NCBI GenBank assembly: GCA_965220745.1
Contig: CBDCQT010000011.1
Span: 480,001 to 544,000 of the forward strand
Direction: 5' to 3'
Source: Alphaproteobacteria bacterium
Lineage (GTDB): Bacteria > Pseudomonadota > Alphaproteobacteria > UBA828
Length of the DNA: 64,000 nt
How positions within the stretch are numbered: position 1 is the stretch's first letter; the number at the start of each line of letters is the position of its first letter. This document shows positions 19,599-39,012 of this stretch, in pieces. A program made the translations under genes and the position numbers. The notes below the pieces were generated by a model, which was not told where the DNA came from, ran no database searches, and saw only the letters and a list, made by a program, of their open reading frames with translations.

Positions 19599-20098
19599 TT
19601 TCTCCCCGCACCTTCGATCATCATGTCGAGTGCGGTCGCCACGGTGGCAAGGCGGACAGCGCCGCGATCGCCCTCGTAGACCACGCGCCGGTGAAGGACC
19701 GCTCCGCCTGGCCCGGCGCAGGCGTGGTGCACCAGGCCGACCGGCTTGGTTGCCGTCCCCCCGCCGGGGCCCGCGATGCCGGTTACCGCGACGGCGAGGG
19801 TGGCGTTGGAGCGGGCGAGCGCGCCTTCCGCCATCGCCCGTGCTACCTCCTCGCTGACCGCGCCCACGCGCATCAGAAACTCTTCGGGCACGCCGAGCAT
19901 GTCCCGCTTCGCGTTGTTGGCGTAAGTCACGAAGCCGCGGTCCACCACATCCGATGAGCCAGCGATCTCGGTCAGGCAGGCGGCGATCAGCCCGCCGGTG
20001 CAGGATTCCGCCGTGGCGACGCGCAAGCCCTCCGCCCGGCAGAGCGAGAGGAGACGCTCGGCCCGCTCGATGATGTCCGCGGGGAAGGTCACAGCCAT
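19595..20098 (-). CDS. CinA C-terminal domain protein (NMN deamidase, PncC-like)
   Basis: TAESCTGG, GSS, FVTY.N..K, GAVSEEVARAMA.G, TGIAGPGG; ATG at 20098. Confidence 0.9.
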
Positions 20099-20574
20099 AC
20101 CCAGACGTTCCAGAGCAGCACCGCCGCCAGGGCGCCGGCGACGATGTCGTCGAGCATCACGCCGAACCCGCCCTTTACCCGCCGGTCGAGCAGGCTGATG
20201 GGCCAGGGCTTCACCACGTCGAACAGGCGGAACAACACGAAGCCCACCGCGTAGAGGGCGACGGTCGGCGGCACCAGAAGCAGGGCGACCCACTGGCCAG
20301 CCACCTCGTCGACCACGATGGCGGATGAATCGCGGACCCCGGTGCGGCGCTCATAGGCGCCGGCCGCCCAGATGCCGATCACGATGAGCACGAGGGTGGC
20401 GATGGCGAGGCCGAGCGTGCCGGTGTAAGTCCGGATCAGCCAGGCGAGGGGCAGCGCCAAGGCCGACGCCACCGTCCCCGGCGCCCAGCGCACGAGGCCC
20501 ACGCCGAAACAGGTCGCGATCAGGGTCGCCGGATCGCGCAGGTCAAGGCGGGCCGGCTCCGCTTCAGCGGTCAT
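20089..20574 (-). CDS. pgpA: Phosphatidylglycerophosphatase A
   Basis: APGT, D...[31 protein letters not shown]. Confidence 0.93.
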   Translation of the reverse strand: MTAEAEPARLDLRDPATLIATCFGVGLVRWAPGTVASALALPLAWLIRTYTGTLGLAIATLVLIVIGIWAAGAYERRTGVRDSSAIVVDEVAGQWVALLLVPPTVALYAVGFVLFRLFDVVKPWPISLLDRRVKGGFGVMLDDIVAGALAAVLLWNVWVWL

Positions 20575-21787
20575 CGGCGTCGTCTGCGGGCAAGCGGACC
20601 GTGGCGACCGCCTGCGCGGCGATGCCTTCGCCGCGCCCGGTGAAGCCGAGGCGCTCGGTCGTGGTCGCCTTCAGGCTTATGCGCATGGGATCGATTCCGA
20701 GTACATGCGCAAGCTGTGCCAGCATGGTCTTGCGGTGCGGGCCGATCTTGGGCCGCTGGCAGATCACCGTGACATCCACGTGGCTGAGGCGGCCACCGCG
20801 CTCCGCCAGGAGCTTGAGCGCGTGGGCCACGAAGAGCGCGGACTCGGCGTCCCTCCACGCCTCGTCGGAGGGCGGGAAGTGGGTGCCGATATCACCCGCC
20901 GCTAGCGCCCCGAGCACTGCGTCGACGATGGCGTGGAGCACGACGTCGCCGTCGGAGTGGCTGATCACGCCCTGCGCGTGCGGCACCGCCATGCCGCCCA
21001 GCATGAGGTGGTCGCCGGGGCCGAAGCGGTGGACGTCGAAGCCCATCCCGACGCGGGTCTCCAGGGCCTGCGCGGCTGCGACGGCGCGGCCATCCTGCGC
21101 CGCGAGAATGCGCTCGGCGCGAGCGAAGTCCTGTTCGGTGGTGATCTTCAGGTTGTCCTCGTCGCCGGGGGTGAGGGCGACGGCAAGGCCGGCCTGCTCC
21201 GCCACCGCGGCATCGTCGGTTAGATCATCGCCCGCCGCGGCGCGGTGGGCGTCCAATATTGCGGGATAGCGGAAGCCCTGCGGGGTCTGGGCGCGCCAAA
21301 GGCCCTCGCGCGGCACCGCGCCCGCGATCACGGTGCTGCCGGGCGCCGCCTGCTTGAGGCTGTCGCTGACCGCCAGCGCGGGGAGGGCACCGTCGTGGCC
21401 TGCGAGCGCGTCGAGCGCCCCGTCGATCGCGGCGGCGGAGACCAGGGGACGCGCGCCGTCGTGGATCAACACCAGGTCGGGCGGCGATTCCGCGAGGCTT
21501 TCCAGTCCGTTACGCACCGAGTCCTGCCGCGTCTCGCCGCCGGCGACCGGTGCGAGCAGCGCAGCGTCTGCGGTATCGCCGCTTTCGCGCACTGCGTCGT
21601 CGTAGAGCGGCCGGTCGGCCAGATTGATCACTACCCTGACCCGGTCGATGCGTGGGTGGGTCGCGAAGCGCTGCACGCTGTGGCCGAGCACCGCGCGCCC
21701 GGCGAGTGCGCGGTACTGCTTGGGCAGCGGGCCGCCGACCCGGTGGCCGCGCCCGGCGGCGACGATCAGGGCGGCGGCGGTGACCAT
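20564..21787 (-). CDS. ispDF: Bifunctional IspD/IspF
   Basis: AAGRG.R...PKQY, GG.TRQDSV, IHDGARP, QTPQGF; then [35 protein letters not shown]. Confidence 0.96.
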   Translation of the reverse strand: MVTAAALIVAAGRGHRVGGPLPKQYRALAGRAVLGHSVQRFATHPRIDRVRVVINLADRPLYDDAVRESGDTADAALLAPVAGGETRQDSVRNGLESLAESPPDLVLIHDGARPLVSAAAIDGALDALAGHDGALPALAVSDSLKQAAPGSTVIAGAVPREGLWRAQTPQGFRYPAILDAHRAAAGDDLTDDAAVAEQAGLAVALTPGDEDNLKITTEQDFARAERILAAQDGRAVAAAQALETRVGMGFDVHRFGPGDHLMLGGMAVPHAQGVISHSDGDVVLHAIVDAVLGALAAGDIGTHFPPSDEAWRDAESALFVAHALKLLAERGGRLSHVDVTVICQRPKIGPHRKTMLAQLAHVLGIDPMRISLKATTTERLGFTGRGEGIAAQAVATVRLPADDADDR

Positions 21788-21833
21788 GATGGATCCGTGG
21801 CGCGGGTGGTGGCGTTCCGCTCTCCCACTCGAT

Positions 21834-21909
21834 TGGTGCCGGCGGCAGGACTCGAACCCGCAACCCCTTGATTACAAATCAAGTGCTCTACCAGTTGAGC
21901 TACGCCGGC
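21834..21909 (-). tRNA. tRNA-Thr(TGT)
   Basis: Minus strand GCCGGCGTAGCTCAACTGGTAGAGCACTTGATT-TGT-AATCAAG...GTTCGAGTCC...ACCA. Confidence 0.95.
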
Positions 21910-21990
21910 CAATGGGCCGCTGCAGGCGCGCGCGATCACGGACGGCCCGCTTTCAAGCGCGCCCTGCGGGCGGTGTCAAGCGCGCTGCGC

Positions 21991-22827
21991 TCATCGCCGC
22001 GAAACCTCGTAGAGCGCGATGGCGGCGGCGTTGGAAACGTTGAGGCTCGTCATCGAACCCGGCATGGGGATGCTCGCGGTTGAATCGCAGCGCTCGCGGG
22101 TGAGCCTTCGCATGCCCTGGCCTTCGGCGCCCAGCACGAGCGCGAGCGGCGCCTTCACGCTGACGGCCCCGAGCGGCTCGGGCGCCTCCGGGTCGAGGCC
22201 AAGGCACCAGAAACCCAGCTCTTTCAACACGATGAGGGCACGCGCGATGTTGACCACGCGGGCGAGCGGCACTGTCTCCAGCGCGCCCGAGGCGGCCTTG
22301 GCCAGCGCGCCGGCGCCCTGCGGCGAATGGCGGTCCTGCATCACCACGGCACCCACCGCGAAGGCCGCTGCCGAGCGCAGGATCGCGCCCACGTTGTGTG
22401 GATCGGTCACCTGGTCGAGCACGACGACGGTTCGTGCGCCGCCCTCCCCCTGCGCCACGCCGCGGCAGGCAGAGGCGAGGTCGACCGCCGGCAGCGGCGC
22501 GGTCTCCAGCACGATGCCCTGGTGCACGGCGCCGTCCGGCAGCAGGGCGGCGATATCCTGGCGGGAGACGATCTGCGGTGCATCGAGTAGGGCGCGGGCG
22601 GCAAGCGGCAGTGCGCGCGCGTCAGCGCGCTCGGTGAGCTGCGCTGCGCCTTCTTCCGTCGCGATCAGCCGGTGGCAGCGGCGGCTCGGATTGGCGAGCG
22701 CGGCGGCCACCGCATGGGCGCCGTAGAGCCGCTCACGGCGGGGTCGCGCCTGGGCGCGCTGCTCCTGATGCGTACGCCGACGCCCGGTCCCGCGCTCGCG
22801 CGGGCGGCGAGAACTGTTGCGTGCCAT
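21991..22827 (-). CDS. rlmB: 23S rRNA Gm2251 2'-O-methyltransferase (SpoU/TrmH family)
   Basis: LYG.HAV, HQG, LDQVTDPHNVGAILRSA, LGAEG.G, SLNVSNAAA. Confidence 0.9.
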   Translation of the reverse strand: MARNSSRRPRERGTGRRRTHQEQRAQARPRRERLYGAHAVAAALANPSRRCHRLIATEEGAAQLTERADARALPLAARALLDAPQIVSRQDIAALLPDGAVHQGIVLETAPLPAVDLASACRGVAQGEGGARTVVVLDQVTDPHNVGAILRSAAAFAVGAVVMQDRHSPQGAGALAKAASGALETVPLARVVNIARALIVLKELGFWCLGLDPEAPEPLGAVSVKAPLALVLGAEGQGMRRLTRERCDSTASIPMPGSMTSLNVSNAAAIALYEVSRR

Positions 22828-22958
22828 GACGCACCCTATTATAAGACTTCCATCCCTTTTGCGAGACGCCCCGGCACACGGGCCGCCCGGCGCGCGCTGA
22901 CGCCGCAGCCGCGGCGGTCAATGGCGCGGTGGGCCGTCACGGAGAGCTCCTTTGGGCG

Positions 22959-22992
22959 TTGACAATCGACCGCGGATGTCCATAGTGCGCCC
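22959..22992 (+). promoter_or_regulatory. Sigma70-type promoter of the tRNA-Tyr/Gly-tuf operon
   Basis: TTGACA-16 nt-CATAGT followed by a GC-rich discriminator GCGCCC, about 35 nt before tRNA-Tyr. Confidence 0.65.
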
Positions 22993-23023
22993 TTCCGAGT
23001 CCCGGGCGCGTCCACCTCGGCGC

Positions 23024-23109
23024 GGAGGGGTGGCCGAGTGGTTAAAGGCAGCAGACTGTAAATCTGCCGACGTATGTCTACGTAGGTTCGAATCCTACCC
23101 CCTCCACCA
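23024..23109 (+). tRNA. tRNA-Tyr(GTA)
   Basis: GGAGGGG...GCAGACT-GTA-AATCTGC, variable arm, GTTCGAATCC, ACCA. Confidence 0.96.
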
Positions 23110-23162
23110 CACGGGTGCAGCACGTGCACGCGGGCTGCAGGGCGCGGGGGACTTGAGATCGA

Positions 23163-23236
23163 GCGGGTGTAGCTCAATGGTAGAGCCCCAGCCTTCCAAG
23201 CTGGTTACGTGGGTTCGATTCCCATCACCCGCTCCA
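23163..23236 (+). tRNA. tRNA-Gly(TCC)
   Basis: GCGGGTGTAGCTCAATGGTAGAGC...CCAGCCT-TCC-AAGCTGG...GTTCGATT...TCCA. Confidence 0.96.
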
Positions 23237-23327
23237 GAGTATTCGGCCGACACCGCAACAGCGGTGCGCGGCTTGTGACGTCCTTTTAACTGCCGCGAAG
23301 ACGTGGCAGACGGGGAATAGAGCACCG

Positions 23328-24518
23328 ATGGCCAAGGAGAAGTTTGAGCGTACGAAGCCGCACTGCAACGTTGGCACGATTGGCCACGTTGACCATGGCA
23401 AGACGACGCTGACGGCGGCGATCACGAAGGTTCTGGGCGAGGCGGGCGGCGCGGAGTTCGTGTCGTTCGACGAGATCGACAAGGCGCCGGAGGAGCGCGA
23501 ACGCGGGATCACGATCGCGACGGCGCACGTCGAGTACGAGACGTCGAACCGGCACTACGCGCACGTCGATTGCCCGGGTCATGCGGACTACGTGAAGAAC
23601 ATGATCACGGGTGCCGCGCAGATGGACGGCGCGATCCTGGTGGTCTCTGCGGCGGACGGCCCGATGCCGCAGACGCGGGAGCACATCTTGCTCGCGCGTC
23701 AGGTGGGCGTGCCTGCGCTTGTCGTCTACATGAACAAGGTGGACATGGTCGACGACGAGGAGATTCTGGAGCTTGTCGAGCTTGAGGTTCGGGAGCTGTT
23801 GTCCGCGTACGAGTTTCCGGGCGACGACATTCCAGTGATCCGGGGTTCTGCGCTTGCGGCGCTTGAGGGTGGCGACGCGGCGACGGGTCGAGACTCGGTC
23901 CTGGAGCTGATGGCGGCGGTTGACGACTACGTTCCGCAGCCTGAGCGTCCGAAGGACCAGCCGTTCCTGATGCCGATCGAGGACGTGTTCTCGATTTCGG
24001 GTCGTGGGACGGTTGTGACGGGCCGGATCGAGCGCGGTGTGGTGAAGGTGGGCGACGACGTGGGGATCATCGGGATCCGGGAAACGACGAAGACGGTTTG
24101 CACGGGCGTCGAGATGTTCCGCAAGCTCTTGGATCAGGGCGAGGCGGGTGACAACGTGGGCGTCCTGCTTCGTGGGACGAAGCGCGACGAGGTCGAGCGC
24201 GGCCAGGTGTTGGCGGAGCCGGGGACGATCACGCCGCACACGCGTTTCGAGGCGGAGACGTACATCCTGACGAAGGACGAGGGCGGGCGTCACACGCCGT
24301 TTTTCTCGAACTACCGTCCGCAGTTCTACTTTCGGACGACGGACGTTACGGGGACGATTGGTTTGCCGGACGGGACCGAGATGGTGATGCCCGGCGACAA
24401 CGTGACGATGCAGGTTGATCTGATAGCGCCGATTGCGATGGACGAGGGCTTGCGCTTCGCCATCCGCGAGGGCGGGCGCACCGTCGGCGCCGGCGTCGTC
24501 GCAAAAATCGTCGAGTAG
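23328..24518 (+). CDS. tuf: Elongation factor Tu
   Basis: [40 protein letters not shown]. Confidence 0.99.
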   Translation: MAKEKFERTKPHCNVGTIGHVDHGKTTLTAAITKVLGEAGGAEFVSFDEIDKAPEERERGITIATAHVEYETSNRHYAHVDCPGHADYVKNMITGAAQMDGAILVVSAADGPMPQTREHILLARQVGVPALVVYMNKVDMVDDEEILELVELEVRELLSAYEFPGDDIPVIRGSALAALEGGDAATGRDSVLELMAAVDDYVPQPERPKDQPFLMPIEDVFSISGRGTVVTGRIERGVVKVGDDVGIIGIRETTKTVCTGVEMFRKLLDQGEAGDNVGVLLRGTKRDEVERGQVLAEPGTITPHTRFEAETYILTKDEGGRHTPFFSNYRPQFYFRTTDVTGTIGLPDGTEMVMPGDNVTMQVDLIAPIAMDEGLRFAIREGGRTVGAGVVAKIVE

Positions 24519-24552
24519 AGCGCGGCCTCCCGCCGCGGCACGCAGACAGAAT

Positions 24553-24628
24553 AGGAGTGTAGCTCAATTGGTAGAGCGCCGGTCTCCAAAACCGGAGGTT
24601 GGGGGTTCGAGACCCTCCACTCCTGCCA
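24553..24628 (+). tRNA. tRNA-Trp(CCA)
   Basis: AGGAGTGTAGCTCAATTGGTAGAGC.CCGGTCT-CCA-AAACCGG...GTTCGA...GCCA; canonical position before secE. Confidence 0.96.
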
Positions 24629-24656
24629 CCTGCGCGGGTAGGGGCGCGTGCTGACC

Positions 24657-24854
24657 ATGGCTCGCACGCCGCCTCTCGAGTTTCTGCGTCAGGCCCGCCA
24701 GGAGATCGGCAAGGTCACGTGGCCAACGCGCAAGGAGACCACCATCAGCACCATCATGGTGCTGATCATGGTGATCATCATGGCGGTCTTCTTCTTCCTG
24801 GTGGATCAGGTGCTCTCCATCGGGGTGCGGGCGATCCTGGGGCTCGGCGGATGA
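24657..24854 (+). CDS. secE: Preprotein translocase subunit SecE
   Basis: EIGKVTWPTRKET plus one TM helix; synteny. Confidence 0.95.
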   Translation: MARTPPLEFLRQARQEIGKVTWPTRKETTISTIMVLIMVIIMAVFFFLVDQVLSIGVRAILGLGG

Positions 24855-25429
24855 CGGACATGTCGGCGGCAGGCACGCACATGGCAGACGATCAGGGGCC
24901 GGCGCGGCGCTGGTACATCGTCCACGTCTATTCCGGCTTTGAGAAGAAGGTAGCGCAGTCGATCCGCGAGCAGGCCAGGCAGCAGGGGCTCGATCACCTG
25001 ATCGCCGACGTCATGGTGCCCTCGGAAGAGGTCGTCGAGATGCGCCGCGGCGCCAAGGTCAAGTCGGAGCGCAAGTTCTTCCCCGGCTACGTGCTGGCGC
25101 ACATCAGCATGACCGACGAGACCTGGCACCTGATCAACAACACGCCGAAGGTGACCGGATTCCTCGGTAGTGGCGGCAAGCCGGTGCCGATCAGCGACGA
25201 CGAGGCGGACCGCGTGCTGAAGCAGGTCAAGGAAGGTGTCGAGCGGCCGAAGCCCTCGGTCATCTTCGAGATCGGTGAGACCGTGCGGGTCTGCGACGGC
25301 CCCTTCACCTCGTTCAGCGGGCTGGTGGAGGAGATCGACGAGGAGCGGGCGCGCCTCAAGGTTGCGGTATCGATTTTCGGCCGGGCGACCCCGGTCGAGC
25401 TGGAATACGCGCAGGTCGAGAAGGCCTGA
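24851..25429 (+). CDS. nusG: Transcription termination/antitermination factor NusG
   Basis: RWYIVHVYSGFE, FFPGYVL, TPKVTGF, KOW motif DGPF..F.G, VSIFGRATPVEL; start may be 24851 or 24881. Confidence 0.97.
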   Translation: MTDMSAAGTHMADDQGPARRWYIVHVYSGFEKKVAQSIREQARQQGLDHLIADVMVPSEEVVEMRRGAKVKSERKFFPGYVLAHISMTDETWHLINNTPKVTGFLGSGGKPVPISDDEADRVLKQVKEGVERPKPSVIFEIGETVRVCDGPFTSFSGLVEEIDEERARLKVAVSIFGRATPVELEYAQVEKA

Positions 25430-25447
25430 AGGTAAGGCGGGAGTAAC

Positions 25448-25879
25448 ATGGCCAAGAGAGTCACAGGGACGATCAAGCTGCAGGTGCCGGCGGGGCAAGC
25501 CAACCCGTCGCCGCCGATCGGCCCGGCGCTGGGTCAGGCAGGGCTCAACATCATGGAGTTCTGCAAGACCTTCAACGCGCAGACCCAGAATCTCGAGCAG
25601 GGGATGCCGATCCCGACCGTGATCTCGGTCTATCACGACCGGACCTTCTCGTTCGTGACCAAGAGCCCGCCGGCCAGCTTCTTCCTCAAGAAGGCGGCGG
25701 GCATCGAAAAGGGCTCCGAGACGGTCGGCCGGATCGACCCGGTGGGCCAGGTGACGCGCGCGCAGGTGCGCGAGATCGCGGAAAAGAAGATGGCGGACCT
25801 CAACGCCGACGACATGGATGCGGCCTGCCGCATCATCGAAGGCTCGGCGCGGTCCATCGGCATCCAGGTGGTGGGTTAG
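25448..25879 (+). CDS. rplK: 50S ribosomal protein L11
   Basis: [22 protein letters not shown]. Confidence 0.98.
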   Translation: MAKRVTGTIKLQVPAGQANPSPPIGPALGQAGLNIMEFCKTFNAQTQNLEQGMPIPTVISVYHDRTFSFVTKSPPASFFLKKAAGIEKGSETVGRIDPVGQVTRAQVREIAEKKMADLNADDMDAACRIIEGSARSIGIQVVG

Positions 25880-25884
25880 CGGCG

Positions 25885-26595
25885 ATGACAAAGATCGGAA
25901 AGAGGCTGCGGCAGGCCAAGGAGCAGGTCGACCGCGAGAGGACTTATGCTCTGGGCGAGGCGATCACGCTGGTGAAGCAGGGTGCGCAGGCGAAGTTCGA
26001 CGAGACCGTCGAAATGAGCGTCGGCCTCGGCGTCGACCCGCGCCATGCGGACCAGATGGTGCGGGGCGTCGTGGCGCTCCCTCACGGCACCGGCAAGTCG
26101 GTGCGCGTCGCGGTCTTCGCCAAGGGCGATAAGGCCGAGGCCGCGCGCGAGGCGGGTGCCGACTTGGTCGGCGACGACGACCTCGCGGCCGAGGTCCAAG
26201 GCGGCAAAATTGAATTTGACCGCTGCATTGCGACGCCCGACATGATGCCGGTGGTCGGTAAGCTCGGTCGCATTCTGGGCCCGCGCGGGCTCATGCCGAA
26301 CCCCAAGCTCGGCACGGTGACGCCCGATGTGGTCGAGGCCGTCCAGGCGGCCAAGGGCGGTCAGGTCGAGTTCCGGGTGGAGAAAGCGGGAATCGTCCAC
26401 GCCGGCATCGGCAAGGCGAGCTTCGAGGAGAAGGCGCTGGCCGAGAATGCCCGCGCGCTGGTGGACGCGCTCAACCGCGCGAAGCCGAGCGGCGCCAAGG
26501 GAACCTACATGAAACGGGCGGCGCTCAGCTCCTCGCAGGGGCCGGGCGTGAAGCTCGACGTTGCCGCCCTGCAGGCGGAGATAGCGGCATCGTGA
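25885..26595 (+). CDS. rplA: 50S ribosomal protein L1
   Basis: [29 protein letters not shown]. Confidence 0.98.
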   Translation: MTKIGKRLRQAKEQVDRERTYALGEAITLVKQGAQAKFDETVEMSVGLGVDPRHADQMVRGVVALPHGTGKSVRVAVFAKGDKAEAAREAGADLVGDDDLAAEVQGGKIEFDRCIATPDMMPVVGKLGRILGPRGLMPNPKLGTVTPDVVEAVQAAKGGQVEFRVEKAGIVHAGIGKASFEEKALAENARALVDALNRAKPSGAKGTYMKRAALSSSQGPGVKLDVAALQAEIAAS

Positions 26596-26655
26596 CAGGC
26601 GGCGTGAGCGGCGGGCGTCTGCGCCTCGTGTCTGCCGGATAAGCCGGAGGAAGTC

Positions 26656-27198
26656 GTGGAACGGCTCAAGAAGGAAGAGATCGTCGAAGCCCTGCGCGGC
26701 ATCTTCGAGAGCACGAATCTCGTCGTCGTGACGCAGTTCAGCGGGCTCTCGGTGGCGGAGGCCTCCGACCTGCGGCGCCAGATGCGCGCGGCCGGCGCCA
26801 CCTTCCGTGTCACCAAGAACCGGCTCGCGAAGCGCGCGGTCGAAGGCACGACCTTCGCCCCGCTTGCGGACCTCTTCGCGGGCTCCAGCGCGATCGCCTA
26901 TTCGGACGACCCGGTGGCCGCAGCGAAGGTCGCGGTGGCCTACGCCAAGGAGAACGACAAGCTGATCATAGTGGGCGGCGCCCTCGGCGGCGCTGCGCTC
27001 GACAAGGGCGATGTGCGCTCGCTCGCCGAGTTGCCTTCGCTCGATACCCTGCGCGCCCAGCTGATCGGCGTCCTGAATGCACCGGCGACCAAGATCGCCG
27101 CCGTGCTGAGCGCGCCGGCAAGCCAGCTCGCGCGCGTCCTCAACGCCTACTCGGAACAAGGAGACACCGCTAGCAAGAGCGAACCATCCGGCGACTGA
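26656..27198 (+). CDS. rplJ: 50S ribosomal protein L10
   Basis: GLSV....LRR, V.KNRLAK.A, LAELPS...LRAQL; GGAGG RBS. Confidence 0.96.
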   Translation: MERLKKEEIVEALRGIFESTNLVVVTQFSGLSVAEASDLRRQMRAAGATFRVTKNRLAKRAVEGTTFAPLADLFAGSSAIAYSDDPVAAAKVAVAYAKENDKLIIVGGALGGAALDKGDVRSLAELPSLDTLRAQLIGVLNAPATKIAAVLSAPASQLARVLNAYSEQGDTASKSEPSGD

Positions 27199-27246
27199 TC
27201 GCCAACGCACACCAAGAAAAGCCCAAGCCCCCAGGAGACCAACGAC

Positions 27247-27624
27247 ATGGCTGATCTGGCCAAAATTGCAGACGAGCTTTCGACCCTGACGGTGATCGAG
27301 GCCTCCGAGTTGAGCAAGATGCTCGAAGAGAGGTGGGGGGTCTCCGCGGCCGCCCCCGTTGCCGTCGCCGCCGCCCCCGGTGCCGCGCCAGCGGCCGAGG
27401 AGGCCGAAGAGCAGACCGAATTCACCGTGGTGCTTACCTCCTTTGGCGAGAAGAAGATCAACGTGATCAAGGAGGTCCGCGCGATCACCAGCCTCGGCCT
27501 GAAGGAGGCCAAGGCGCTGGTCGAGGGCGTACCGAACGCGGTCAAGGAAGACGTGTCGAAGGACGACGCGGCAAAGATAAAGGAGCAGCTCGAAGCTGCA
27601 GGCGCGACCGTCGAGGTCAAGTAG
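27247..27624 (+). CDS. rplL: 50S ribosomal protein L7/L12
   Basis: [10 protein letters not shown] hinge, [19 protein letters not shown]. Confidence 0.98.
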   Translation: MADLAKIADELSTLTVIEASELSKMLEERWGVSAAAPVAVAAAPGAAPAAEEAEEQTEFTVVLTSFGEKKINVIKEVRAITSLGLKEAKALVEGVPNAVKEDVSKDDAAKIKEQLEAAGATVEVK

Positions 27625-27822
27625 AGACGATTGGCTATCGCCGGCGCACGCCCGGTCACGTGCCGGGTAGCACCGGCCCCGCCGTCGCGCCGTGGCGCGG
27701 GCGGGCACGATCACGCGCGGCCACGGCTGCGCGGCGTGTGCCGCCGCACCGCACGTAAAGACTAACCCACGGCCCGCCGCGGCACTCAAGCCGCGGCCGG
27801 GGCCGAGAGTCCGAGGGGTACC

Positions 27823-36435
<8,613 letters not shown>

Positions 36436-36464
36436 GCGCGCAAGCGCATAGGGGCGAACGCAGA

Positions 36465-36893
36465 ATGGCCGCGCGGGGCCGCCGCCTCGTCGCTGCGGCG
36501 ACTCTCGCGGCCCTTGCGTTCGTCGCCGCGCCCACGCTCGGGGCCAACGCAGCGGCCTGCCCGTCCGGCACCGAGCTATTCGCCGAATACAGGCTCTTCT
36601 TCGGGCGCAGCCAGGGCGAGGTTGAGGTGGTGAACGAGGAGGCCTGGCGCGCCTTCCTCGCCGAGGAGGTGACGCCGCGCTTTCCGGACGGCCTTACCGT
36701 GCTTGATGCTGCGGGGCAGTGGCGCGAGGGCTCGGGCATGATCATGCGAGAGCGCACCAAGCTCTTGCTCGTCCTTGCTCCGCCGGGCGCGGACGCCATG
36801 CAGCGCACGGATGAAATCGCAGACGCTTACAGGCGCGCCTTCAGCCAATCCAGCGTGCTCCGCGTGGTGACCGAGGCCTGCGTATCGTTCTAA
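36465..36893 (+). CDS. DUF3574 family exported protein
   Basis: Signal peptide; LFFGRS, W..FL.EEVTPRFPDGLTVLDA.GQWR, Y...F.Q.SV. Confidence 0.8.
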   Translation: MAARGRRLVAAATLAALAFVAAPTLGANAAACPSGTELFAEYRLFFGRSQGEVEVVNEEAWRAFLAEEVTPRFPDGLTVLDAAGQWREGSGMIMRERTKLLLVLAPPGADAMQRTDEIADAYRRAFSQSSVLRVVTEACVSF

Positions 36894-37012
36894 CCGAGCC
36901 GGCAAACGACGGTTTTGGGCCGTCTGCGAACGTACAAGCGGCGGCCGTCGCCTCATCGTTGGTGAGGGGTCTCCTTAAATCTTCGGGCTCAAGCCTAAGC
37001 AGCTGCCGCGGG

Positions 37013-37681
37013 CTATTCCTCTGCGTCCCCGATAGGCGCCTCGATACGTGCCCGGATGTCGCGCAACAGACCGTCGATGCCTTTGCGGTTGATGACCGAA
37101 CTGAACTCAACCCGGTGGGTGAGCAGCATGCTGATGCCCTCGACGTAGAGGTCCACGACCTTGTGGTTCCCCTCCCTCGTGCGTACGCGGAAATCGAGCT
37201 CGACGGGATCGGCGCCGGAGGGCCGGGCGACCCGAGCGCGCACGATCGTGTCGCCGCTCTCGTCGGCGATGGCGGAGCGCACCGTGAACTGTTCGCCCCC
37301 GTAGGAATAGGAATCGAACCGGCTCGCGTACACGCGTGCGAGGAAGTCGAGAAAGATCGCTGAGAATTCCGCGCGCTGCTCATCGGTTGCCGACTTCCAG
37401 TGCCTCCCGATCACGAAGCGGGTGACGAGCGGAACGTCGAAGCCCCGGACCATCACGTCACGGAACGCGGCTTCGCGCTCCGCAAACGTGCTGTTGTCCT
37501 TGTTCCCGAGGATGGCCACGACGTCGTCGCCGACACCCTGGACGAACGCGATCGCCGGGTCGTCGGATGCGGCCACTCGCTGTCCTCCAACTGCAACCAC
37601 GAGGGCGGCAATCAGGGCGGCAACCAACAAGGTGCAGCGAGACAGGCGACTGAGTCTCTTCGGGTCCGATGTCGTCAACAT
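37013..37681 (-). CDS. MlaC/Ttg2D family phospholipid-binding protein
   Basis: Signal peptide, FD......VIG..W..AT..QR.EF, K.VD..VEGISML...R.EF; start uncertain (37681 or 37738). Confidence 0.85.
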   Translation of the reverse strand: MLTTSDPKRLSRLSRCTLLVAALIAALVVAVGGQRVAASDDPAIAFVQGVGDDVVAILGNKDNSTFAEREAAFRDVMVRGFDVPLVTRFVIGRHWKSATDEQRAEFSAIFLDFLARVYASRFDSYSYGGEQFTVRSAIADESGDTIVRARVARPSGADPVELDFRVRTREGNHKVVDLYVEGISMLLTHRVEFSSVINRKGIDGLLRDIRARIEAPIGDAEE

Positions 37682-37911
37682 TGCTGGCGTCCAATCCCGA
37701 TAAACGAGTGGAGAGTGCCGAAGCCTCGTAGATATCACAAAAGCGATCTCAAGGAGGACCCGACCGCATCCGGCAAGGCAATTGGGATTGCTGCTGTCCA
37801 GCGAAGACGCGACAGACCTCTCCGGCCGGTCGGCGTTCTCGTGCTAATTCTAGTTTCTGCACTGCCAACCGAGCATTTTGGATCGACAAGTCCGGTCGGT
37901 TTGGACTGCAG

Positions 37912-39012
37912 CTAATTGCGGCCATGTTCGTCGTCGGGTGGATAGAATTGTCTGCAATAGCGCCGATATCTGCCGATGGGGCCGTCGGAGCGGCACAAAC
38001 GGGGATGAGGCCGGTAGCTCTTTCGGCTCCAGATCTCGACATCCTGGAGAACATCATGCTCCTGCACAGAAATCAGAATCTTGTTCATGATCCTGGTGCG
38101 CAGCTTCACAGGCAAGAATCCGAGGCCAGAAATCAGGCGCTTGGGCTTTCGTATTTCCCGGGTCTGTCCGACCAGAACCAGATCAATCAACGTGCCGTCG
38201 ATCGGCGTCGCCAAAACCCACAGGCGAGTGTCCATGCCGATGGTGCGCTCGTGGATATCGACAAACGAATAACCCAGCCCATGAACGTAGGCGGTGGCGG
38301 AAACGTCGTAAGTGAGGTCGGCGACTCCGGCGATGCGCTGGCGACGTTTGAAGTCGAAACGACTCACGAGGCACGAGCCGTCCACCGTCGCCGTTCCGAC
38401 GGCTTTCACGTTGTCGTAGCCATGTACATAACGCAAATGACCCAAGTCTACTGAGTTTTCCGACGTCTCCTGCGGGTGACCGGGAAATCGGAGAGTCCGG
38501 ATTTCCAGGTTGCTCCACTTACCTGCAGTCGATGGCTCTTCAGGAAGGCTCCATTGCGGCGGGCGTCTATCGATACCCCACCATGCAAAGACGAGGCCAA
38601 GAATTTCCCGCGTGTGGAAGACGTTCAGCCTCGCGGTCTTGGGCGGCTCGGAAAAAGGCGTTGCAACACAGTTGCCGGCGACATCGTAGGTGAAGCCGTG
38701 AAAGGGACAGACCAGATGGCCGTCGCGCACGCGTCCGCCCGCTTCAGGGCCCAAGGAGGAGCCCAGGTGCGGACACACCGACTCGGCAACGCAAATGGTC
38801 CCCTCATCGTCGGACCAAGCGACAATATTCGTTCCGAGCCACTGCCTTTGGATTAATATCTGCTTCAATATGGAGTAGCGGTCCGCGACGAAATACCATC
38901 CCTCCGGAAACGGGTGGAGAGAGAGAACATCGCGGCCCACGCCGAAAAGGTCTTCCACGTTTTGTGGAGTTTTCTGTCTAGGCTGAGGCTGCTGCATAGC
39001 AAAGTCAGTCAA
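37912..39012 (-). CDS. Rieske non-heme iron oxygenase, KshA/Neverland-like
   Basis: FPEGWY, CPHLG...CPFHG, ENSVD.GH...VH, D.EIW..K.Y...P.L...DGPI..YR....QFY. Confidence 0.85.
   Translation of the reverse strand: MTDFAMQQPQPRQKTPQNVEDLFGVGRDVLSLHPFPEGWYFVADRYSILKQILIQRQWLGTNIVAWSDDEGTICVAESVCPHLGSSLGPEAGGRVRDGHLVCPFHGFTYDVAGNCVATPFSEPPKTARLNVFHTREILGLVFAWWGIDRRPPQWSLPEEPSTAGKWSNLEIRTLRFPGHPQETSENSVDLGHLRYVHGYDNVKAVGTATVDGSCLVSRFDFKRRQRIAGVADLTYDVSATAYVHGLGYSFVDIHERTIGMDTRLWVLATPIDGTLIDLVLVGQTREIRKPKRLISGLGFLPVKLRTRIMNKILISVQEHDVLQDVEIWSRKSYRPHPRLCRSDGPIGRYRRYCRQFYPPDDEHGRN

Noticed and set aside
27625-27822. Riboswitch or ncRNA in the rplL-rpoB spacer
   Set aside because: GC-rich stems are present (GCCGTGGC/GCCACGGC) but no recognisable family motif; such stems arise easily at this GC content
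36436-36900. Absence of rpsL-rpsG-fusA after rpoC
   Set aside because: Separation of rpoBC from the str operon is common in Proteobacteria
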